Below, in pieces: positions 1-8,055 of a stretch of DNA of 32,000 nucleotides. Position 1 is the first letter of the stretch. Each line of letters starts with the position of its first letter. A model generated the notes under the pieces. That model was given only the letters and a program-made list of their open reading frames with translations. It was not told the DNA's origin and did no database searches. The DNA is from Coprobacillaceae bacterium. GTDB taxonomy: Bacteria; Bacillota_I; Bacilli_A; Erysipelotrichales; Coprobacillaceae. The stretch spans positions 2,400,001-2,432,000 of the forward strand of contig OY776328.1 in assembly GCA_963675515.1 (NCBI GenBank), read 5' to 3'. The translations under genes were made by a program, and so were the position numbers.

Positions 1-9
1 AGGTATTAA

Positions 10-684
10 ATGTCAACTAAGATTATGACAAGTGAGTCCTTTAATGAAGTTAAGAGCAACGTTCAAGAAATTCTTTCAAGTAATGTCGAAAAAAACAACA
101 TTTTTTTATCTAGTCATTCCAAGAAAAATTTGGCCACTCATTTAAGCATCACCACAATTCGCATTCAAAACAGAAATTACATTCCTTTGTCAAAAGCGAA
201 AGTTCTCGAGTATCAAGAAGATGAACTTTACCCGGTAGCCAAAGATATCTGCGATTCGATCGCCAACCAATACGCGATTGAATTCCCGGATAACGAGGTT
301 TCACTGGTAACTATGTACCTGAGAAAGACAAACGCATTGGACTTGGAAATAACGACTGGAATCGACTTGCTTGATGATCAAACATACACTTATATAAAGA
401 CAGCATTGAACAGAATCAAAAATGCTTACGGAACGGATTTTAGCAACAAGCAAAAATTCATCGTCTCAATCGGATTGCACTTGGAACCCGCCCTCGAGCG
501 TCTTCAGGAAAATCGCCAGCTGACCAACCCGCTGACCGCACAGATCAAGGAGCGTCATCTCAATGAGTTCAACCTGGCTTCAATCCTGCGCGATGTCATC
601 GAAGAGGACACCGGCATGGTATTGAATGATGATGAAGTCGCATTCTTGGCTTTGCACTTTGTCGTTGTGACCAAACACAAATAA
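10..684 (+). CDS. PRD-domain regulator (BglG/LicT-family, PRD1+PRD2 only; no CAT RNA-binding domain in this ORF)
   Basis: The ATG at 10 directly follows an in-frame TAA (7-9), so the ORF cannot extend upstream. The product is colinear by eye with the PRD1+PRD2 part of LicT-type antiterminators (ATHLSITTIRIQ, SIGLHLEPALERL, AFLALHFVV histidine motifs). A terminator hairpin follows. Confidence 0.6.
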   Translation: MSTKIMTSESFNEVKSNVQEILSSNVEKNNIFLSSHSKKNLATHLSITTIRIQNRNYIPLSKAKVLEYQEDELYPVAKDICDSIANQYAIEFPDNEVSLVTMYLRKTNALDLEITTGIDLLDDQTYTYIKTALNRIKNAYGTDFSNKQKFIVSIGLHLEPALERLQENRQLTNPLTAQIKERHLNEFNLASILRDVIEEDTGMVLNDDEVAFLALHFVVVTKHK

Positions 685-707
685 ACACACCTCGCGGTGT
701 GTTTTTT
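683..707. terminator. Rho-independent terminator between convergent genes
   Basis: ACACACC-tcgc-GGTGTGT hairpin followed by a T-run. It lies between the stop at 682-684 (+) and the stop at 710-712 (-). Confidence 0.6.
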
Positions 708-709
708 GT

Positions 710-2194
710 TTAGTATATCAATTCATCGCCGCTGGGTTCGTAATTGTCCCCGTACACGTGCTTGATCGCTTCAAGCACCACTTCCTTGTCCCCGGCATAA
801 TAGCTTGTACCCACTTCAAGGGCCATGAACCGGTCCTCGCCTTTTCCCAAAATCAGGATGATATCATTGGGGCTGGAAATCTCGATGGCCTGCTGGATCG
901 CGATAAGCCGCTGGGAGATGACAATCGATGTCGCCTTTTTGAGGTTGTTCTGGACATCGAGGCAGATATTCCCGATCCCCTCCTCGTCGAGCCTTTCGTC
1001 CTGATTGGTCAGGATCACATGGTCTAGATAGCGGTCGGCGATTCTTCCCATTTGCTCCCTGAAGCGTTTGCCCCGGTAACTCGACGGTCCAAATACCCCG
1101 ATGATCCGACCATTTTCCTTAGCATATTTTCTGGCGAAGACGAAAACCCGTTCGTAATCAAAGAGTTCCTGGCAATAATCGACAACCACGTCGAATTTCT
1201 CATCGATGTCCAGGACTTCGTAGCGGCCCCCGACAACTTTCAGGGAATTCATGATCATGCCGATTTTCTCCGTTTCCACCTGGCAGGCCTTCATGATCGC
1301 TCCCAGGGCAAGAAGATGATATAGATTGTATTTCCCGACCAGTTTGGTGGCTACCGGTATTTCCTGACCATCAAAGCACAATGTGAATTTGCTTTGCTTG
1401 AGGGAAAGATCCAGATTCTTGGCATATACGTCACTCTTGTCAGTCAGGGAATACGTGATGACCTTGGCTTTGGTCACTGTCTTGAACCGGTCGAAGTACT
1501 TGTCGTCCTCGTTCAAAATCGCATAATTTTCCTCCGATAGCTGACTAAACAGCGATAGCTTGGCTTCAAGATATTCATCGAAGGTCCCATGGAACTCGAG
1601 ATGGCGTGGTTCGATTGAAGTCAAAACCGCGATGTCAAACTGGATATCCAGGAACCGTTCCAGCGCCAGGCCGATGCTCGAAACCTCGATTGTCGCCAGT
1701 TGGACATCCCGGGACACCATCCGTGAAAGATGCTGGTGGAGGGAAATGATTTCCGGAGTGGCCAATGGCTGGCGCAGGTCGATTCCATCGTAACATAGAC
1801 GGTCCGACCCGAAATATCCGGTTTTGTATTTGTATGACAGCGCCTGGTCGATCAATGTCGCCAGGGTCGTCTTGCCCCCGGAACCGGTGACCCCGATTGT
1901 CATCATTTTGGTCGAAGGGTAGTCAAAGAAGATATTGGCGACCCGGTTGAGCTGTGCCTTGACATCATTTACTTTGAGATAGATGATGTCGGGACGGTAT
2001 GATGGCAGCTTCTTTGAATGAACTATCGCGATTGCGCCTTGAAAAAGGGCGTCATCGATATACTGATGACCATCCACTGTCAGACCCTCGATGCAAAAGA
2101 AAAGCGAATTCCTTTTGACATAGCGGGAATCCGAATGGATCGAATATATTTTAGCGTCGTAATCGCAATCGAACAGTTCATTTAGCTTTTTCAT
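710..2194 (-). CDS. murE: Mur ligase family protein, MurE-like (UDP-MurNAc-L-Ala-D-Glu:amino acid ligase), motif-divergent
   Basis: The 494-aa ORF is colinear with Lys-type MurE: HSDSR, GVTGSGGKTT P-loop, EVSS, HLEFHGT, EAKLSLFSQL, GGRYEVLD. Its start overlaps the mtaB stop (ATGA at 2191-2194). Several normally invariant positions differ (see findings). Confidence 0.7.
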   Translation of the reverse strand: MKKLNELFDCDYDAKIYSIHSDSRYVKRNSLFFCIEGLTVDGHQYIDDALFQGAIAIVHSKKLPSYRPDIIYLKVNDVKAQLNRVANIFFDYPSTKMMTIGVTGSGGKTTLATLIDQALSYKYKTGYFGSDRLCYDGIDLRQPLATPEIISLHQHLSRMVSRDVQLATIEVSSIGLALERFLDIQFDIAVLTSIEPRHLEFHGTFDEYLEAKLSLFSQLSEENYAILNEDDKYFDRFKTVTKAKVITYSLTDKSDVYAKNLDLSLKQSKFTLCFDGQEIPVATKLVGKYNLYHLLALGAIMKACQVETEKIGMIMNSLKVVGGRYEVLDIDEKFDVVVDYCQELFDYERVFVFARKYAKENGRIIGVFGPSSYRGKRFREQMGRIADRYLDHVILTNQDERLDEEGIGNICLDVQNNLKKATSIVISQRLIAIQQAIEISSPNDIILILGKGEDRFMALEVGTSYYAGDKEVVLEAIKHVYGDNYEPSGDELIY

Positions 2195-3489
2195 TTGATT
2201 ATTTCTCCGATCAGTTCATCACCGACATCCTTGAGGGCAACCGGTACAATCTGGCCGATCAGATAGGCGTCGGTTTTGACTTTAATTTTCAAATAATTGG
2301 AACTGTGGCCGACCAGGTAATCGCCTTCACGCGATTCGAAAAGGACATCCTGGACAACTGTGAGATTCTTTCGGGCATATGAAGCGGTCAGTTCCTTTGA
2401 CAAGGCGACGAGTTCATTGACCCGCTGTTTTTTCACCTGTTCATCCACCTGGTTTTCCATCGTTGCAGCCGGCGTGTTCTTCCTCTTTGAATAAGGGAAT
2501 ACATGGAGCTGCATGAAGTTGATCCGTCGAAGCGTTGCGACAGTCAGGTCGAAGAGTTCGTCAGTTTCACCAGGGAAACCGACAATAATGTCAGTCGACA
2601 GGGCCATGTTCGGGATTTTCTCGCGAAGGGCTTTGATGCGCGCTTCGAACTGGTCAAGAGTGTATTTGCGCCTCATCTTTTTGAGGATCTCGTCGCTTCC
2701 AGCCTGGATTGGCACATGGAGGTGGTCGACAATCACTTTGCTTTGAGCGATTAGGTCAACAATCTTGTCTGATATCTGGCTTGTCTCGATTGAGGATATG
2801 CGCAGCCTTTTGAGTCCCGGTACTTCAACCAGGTCTTCAAGCAGGTCGCCAAAGTCATAGTCGTCAAAATCTTCGCCATAGCCAGCGGTATGGATTCCCG
2901 TAAGCACGATCTCCACAAAGCCTTTTGAAACAAGCTCACGGGCCTGATCGATAACGCTTGCCCGGTCGCGCGAACGCATTTTACCCCGGCTGTAAGGGAT
3001 GATGCAGTAGGTGCAAAAATTGTTGCAGCCATCCTGGATTTTCAGATAGGCCCTGGTGTTTTTGAAGTTGTGGATTTCCAATTCCTCGAACTCACTCAGA
3101 AGCAGGACATCATCGATGCGCACAACCGTTTTTCCTGTTGCCAGGTGCTCGTTGACAAAGTTGACGATCTGGTCTTTATAACGGGTACCGATGATCACCC
3201 CGACTCCGCCGATTGCCAGAACTTCATCCTTGGCCACCTGGGCATAGCACCCTACGACACAGACAACTGCTTCGGGGTTGCGCTTGATCGCCTGACGGAT
3301 GACCTGACGGGATTTCTTGTCACCGGTATTGGTGACCGTGCAGGTGTTTATTATATATACGTCGCTTGTATCCTTGAAGTCGGTTTCCTGGTAGCCGGCG
3401 TCCTTGAACAGCCCAAGCATGGCCTCCGATTCATAACTGTTGACTTTGCACCCCAGGGTATGGAATGCTACTTTCATCATTTTCTCCAT
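2191..3489 (-). CDS. mtaB: tRNA t6A37 methylthiotransferase MtaB (radical-SAM MiaB family, YqeV-like)
   Basis: N-terminal UPF0004 cysteines (HTLGCKVN, INTCTVT, GCYAQ), radical-SAM CNNFCTYCIIP motif and a C-terminal TRAM-like tail. It lies downstream of rsmE as in B. subtilis yqeU-yqeV. The start could be the ATG at 3489 or either ATG at 3480/3477; all are near GGAG. Confidence 0.85.
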   Translation of the reverse strand: MEKMMKVAFHTLGCKVNSYESEAMLGLFKDAGYQETDFKDTSDVYIINTCTVTNTGDKKSRQVIRQAIKRNPEAVVCVVGCYAQVAKDEVLAIGGVGVIIGTRYKDQIVNFVNEHLATGKTVVRIDDVLLLSEFEELEIHNFKNTRAYLKIQDGCNNFCTYCIIPYSRGKMRSRDRASVIDQARELVSKGFVEIVLTGIHTAGYGEDFDDYDFGDLLEDLVEVPGLKRLRISSIETSQISDKIVDLIAQSKVIVDHLHVPIQAGSDEILKKMRRKYTLDQFEARIKALREKIPNMALSTDIIVGFPGETDELFDLTVATLRRINFMQLHVFPYSKRKNTPAATMENQVDEQVKKQRVNELVALSKELTASYARKNLTVVQDVLFESREGDYLVGHSSNYLKIKVKTDAYLIGQIVPVALKDVGDELIGEIIK

Positions 3490-4238
3490 TTTTTCTCCAT
3501 TTTCTTGATAAATTTGTCACTGAGAAGACCTTCTGTAACCAGGTAGTCATATATAAGGATGGGATCGTCGTTGGCGATGATCATTTTCGCCAATTTCTCG
3601 ATCTGTGATTTTTCGTACTCGCCTTTGAACCACTTGTCCTTCAACACCAGTTCATGGATATCGAAATCATCTTTTCCAACAAGATAGATCAGGTTGAACT
3701 CTTTCGAATAGAATGCCGCCCTAACTTCGTTTTCCCCCAACAACTCCAGGCTGCAAAAATCGCTGGCATAAGGGGCAAGACCGTATTCGTCGATCATGTC
3801 GCGATAGTCGCGGTTTTGGCTCTTCAAAAGCAGCTGGTATTTTTTCAATCCCAAAGCCTCGTGGTCCCTGATAAGATAATCGTTGATCAATTGGCTGTGG
3901 TAAGGCAGGTATATATTATGCTCGAAAACCATGCGCGGAAGATTTTCGACAATCGTGGGTATCTCCTGCTGGTAGAAGCGGCGTCGTTCCTGATAGTTCA
4001 AGTGGCGCAGGACATCCTCGTTCTGGTTGTTGAGCTGGTTTATGGCTTCATTTATTTTCTGCTCGTTTTCAAAACTGCCAGCCAGGATTTCGAAGGTGTA
4101 TAGATCGAAACTTGTCTTCACCTTGAAATCATAGCCCAAAGACTTGAGCATATGATGTTTCTTCTTATAGGTATCATAAAGTTTTGATTTCTGGAAATCG
4201 TAGTTCCTCCCATAGCGGGCAAGCATTTCCAATATCAT
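3477..4238 (-). CDS. hypothetical protein (253 aa, no recognised domain)
   Basis: Intact ORF with codon usage like its neighbours. It has an ATGA overlap with the rsmE stop (4235-4238) and a 13-nt overlap with the mtaB start. No TM segment or known motif was recognised. Confidence 0.65.
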   Translation of the reverse strand: MILEMLARYGRNYDFQKSKLYDTYKKKHHMLKSLGYDFKVKTSFDLYTFEILAGSFENEQKINEAINQLNNQNEDVLRHLNYQERRRFYQQEIPTIVENLPRMVFEHNIYLPYHSQLINDYLIRDHEALGLKKYQLLLKSQNRDYRDMIDEYGLAPYASDFCSLELLGENEVRAAFYSKEFNLIYLVGKDDFDIHELVLKDKWFKGEYEKSQIEKLAKMIIANDDPILIYDYLVTEGLLSDKFIKKMEKKWRK

Positions 4239-4975
4239 CGCAACACCTCGCGAAACAGGCCGATGGCGCTAAGGATATACATCGGTGCCGTCTCGGACCT
4301 AAGGATTCTCTTGCCAAGGGATATGTTGCGATAATTGTTACAGTTGAAAAAATCAACTTCATCCTGGGAAAAACCGCCTTCCGAACCGACAATGACGTTG
4401 ATTGTCTGCCCGGACTCCAGCGTTTCAAGCACTTCCTTGAAGCCGCCATGGATCTTGTCCTTGGCCGTCTGTTCATAGGCCACCAGGTTGTAGTCACCCT
4501 GATATTGACCGATCTGGTCGACCGTGATGAGATCATCGAGGACCGGAATGAAATTGCGGTGCGACTGTTCGCTGGCTTCCTTCAGGATTTTTTCATAACG
4601 TTCCCGCTTCTTGTTGAACTTGTCCTTGTCGAGGCGCACCACGCATCGCGATGTGATGATCGGGACAATCCGGCTTACGCCAAGTTCGGTCGCCTTTTGC
4701 AAGACCAGATCGAACTTCTCCCCTTTGGACAAAGCATAAATCAATGTCACATGGACATCAAGCTCGCTATCGTTTTCTAGCTCTTCCAATATTTTCAGGA
4801 TATTGCTGTCGATATCTTCAATGACCGCCAGAAAATTGCGGCCGACTTGGTCGACAACAACAACCTCGTCGTTGTTTCGCTGGCGCATCACTTTTTTTAG
4901 ATGGAAATGGTCGTCCTTATCCAATGAGAGGCTTTGCCCCTGTTTCAATTCTTCCCTTACAAAATAACGTTGCAT
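4235..4975 (-). CDS. rsmE: 16S rRNA (uracil1498-N3)-methyltransferase RsmE
   Basis: Typical MQRYFV... N-terminus, PUA-like N-domain and a SPOUT C-domain (GSEGGFS, LGKRILRSETA). SD AGAGGTGA lies 6 nt before the ATG at 4975. Confidence 0.9.
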   Translation of the reverse strand: MQRYFVREELKQGQSLSLDKDDHFHLKKVMRQRNNDEVVVVDQVGRNFLAVIEDIDSNILKILEELENDSELDVHVTLIYALSKGEKFDLVLQKATELGVSRIVPIITSRCVVRLDKDKFNKKRERYEKILKEASEQSHRNFIPVLDDLITVDQIGQYQGDYNLVAYEQTAKDKIHGGFKEVLETLESGQTINVIVGSEGGFSQDEVDFFNCNNYRNISLGKRILRSETAPMYILSAIGLFREVLR

Positions 4976-5057
4976 GTCAAGTCACCTCTACTATATAATA
5001 ACACTTTTGCATATTTTAAAAAAGGTTCAATCCGTCCGGGAAAGAACTTGCTATTAT

Positions 5058-5085
5058 ATTATAAACTTGAAGCCACAATAGTCAA
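5058..5085 (-). promoter_or_regulatory. sigma-A-type promoter for the rsmE operon
   Basis: On the minus strand: TTGACT (5085-5080), 16-nt spacer, TATAAT (5063-5058). It lies just downstream of the clpB terminator. Confidence 0.45.
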
Positions 5086-5135
5086 TAAATATCGCCTGGA
5101 AGTCGCAAATGTCTGAATCGAACGTCCCCCAAGCG

Positions 5136-5173
5136 AAAAAAAACATCCCACGCAACCTTGAGGCTGCGTGAGA
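5136..5173 (-). terminator. Rho-independent terminator of clpB
   Basis: The minus-strand RNA forms CACGCAGCC-UCAA-GGUUGCGUG (one G-U pair), followed by AUG and U8. On the plus strand the same position would be an A-C mismatch, so the hairpin favours the minus strand. Confidence 0.7.
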
Positions 5174-5190
5174 TAGAGATAATAAGATGT

Positions 5191-7752
<2,562 letters not shown>

Positions 7753-7768
7753 AAGGCCACTCCTTTCA

Positions 7769-7795
7769 TTAGCACTCACAACCTATATGTGCTAA
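7769..7795 (-). promoter_or_regulatory. CIRCE-like inverted repeat 1 (HrcA operator), in the clpB 5' leader
   Basis: Minus strand reads TTAGCACAT-N9-GAGTGCTAA versus consensus TTAGCACTC-N9-GAGTGCTAA. It lies between the -10 box and the SD. Confidence 0.7.
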
Positions 7796-7799
7796 ACAT

Positions 7800-7827
7800 A
7801 TTATAGCACTCTTGTTAGCACTGTCAA
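7800..7827 (-). promoter_or_regulatory. clpB promoter (sigma-A type, extended -10)
   Basis: Minus strand: TTGACA (7827-7822), 16-nt spacer ending in TGC, TATAAT (7805-7800). Confidence 0.65.
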
Positions 7828-7841
7828 TACGAAGGTGCTAA
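7815..7841 (-). promoter_or_regulatory. CIRCE-like inverted repeat 2 (HrcA operator), overlapping the clpB -35 box
   Basis: Minus strand reads TTAGCACCT-N9-CAGTGCTAA. The N9 spacer and right arm contain the TTGACA -35 hexamer. An extra half-site, TATAGCACTC, lies at 7802-7811. Confidence 0.65.
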
Positions 7842-7999
7842 AAATATTCAATATATGTCGATTGCCAGCATCTTTTTCCAATTATATTTTTCCTAAGACT
7901 TATCGCCAGCGCCAATTCATCTTCGATCATCTCTGTTCCAGCCTTAAACAGATCTTTGAAACCGGATTCAAAAAACACCATTGCTATTGTTCACTTCGA

Positions 8000-8028
8000 T
8001 TGCTTTTGTACTTTCAATTGATTACAAT
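8000..8028 (+). promoter_or_regulatory. candidate promoter for the class II RNR gene
   Basis: TTGCTT (8000-8005), 17-nt spacer, TACAAT (8023-8028). This implies a short leader to the GGAGG SD at 8045-8049. Confidence 0.4.
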
Positions 8029-8055
8029 TGTGTTATAGGATTTTGGAGGTAATAT

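Noticed and set aside
4184-4780. 198-aa + strand ORF opposite rsmE. Similar antisense ORFs lie at 758-1027, 1052-1324, 1560-1793, 2503-2754, 3070-3546 and 3654-4103. Out-of-frame same-strand ORFs lie at 1024-1236, 2751-3032 and 4174-4536.
   Set aside because: They are antisense or out-of-frame within well-supported genes (murE-like, mtaB, orf253, rsmE). They have no ribosome-binding sites or recognisable domains.
4934-5116. 60-aa + strand ORF in the rsmE-clpB intergenic region
   Set aside because: It overlaps the rsmE start, its promoter and the region next to the clpB terminator. It has no SD and an implausible peptide.
7753-7900. CtsR operator (tandem GGTCAAA heptads) upstream of clpB
   Set aside because: No direct heptad repeat is present. 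The only GTCAA is the -35 box inside CIRCE-2.
7842-8055. Cobalamin riboswitch or NrdR boxes upstream of the B12-dependent RNR; also the 67-aa + strand ORF at 7835-8038
   Set aside because: I could not find the conserved B12-box core or a pair of 16-bp NrdR palindromes. The best partial match (ATTCAATATATGTCGA, 7845-7860) is a single weak site about 200 nt from the gene. The 67-aa ORF has an implausible composition and spans both promoters. A covariance-model scan would be needed for a definitive answer.
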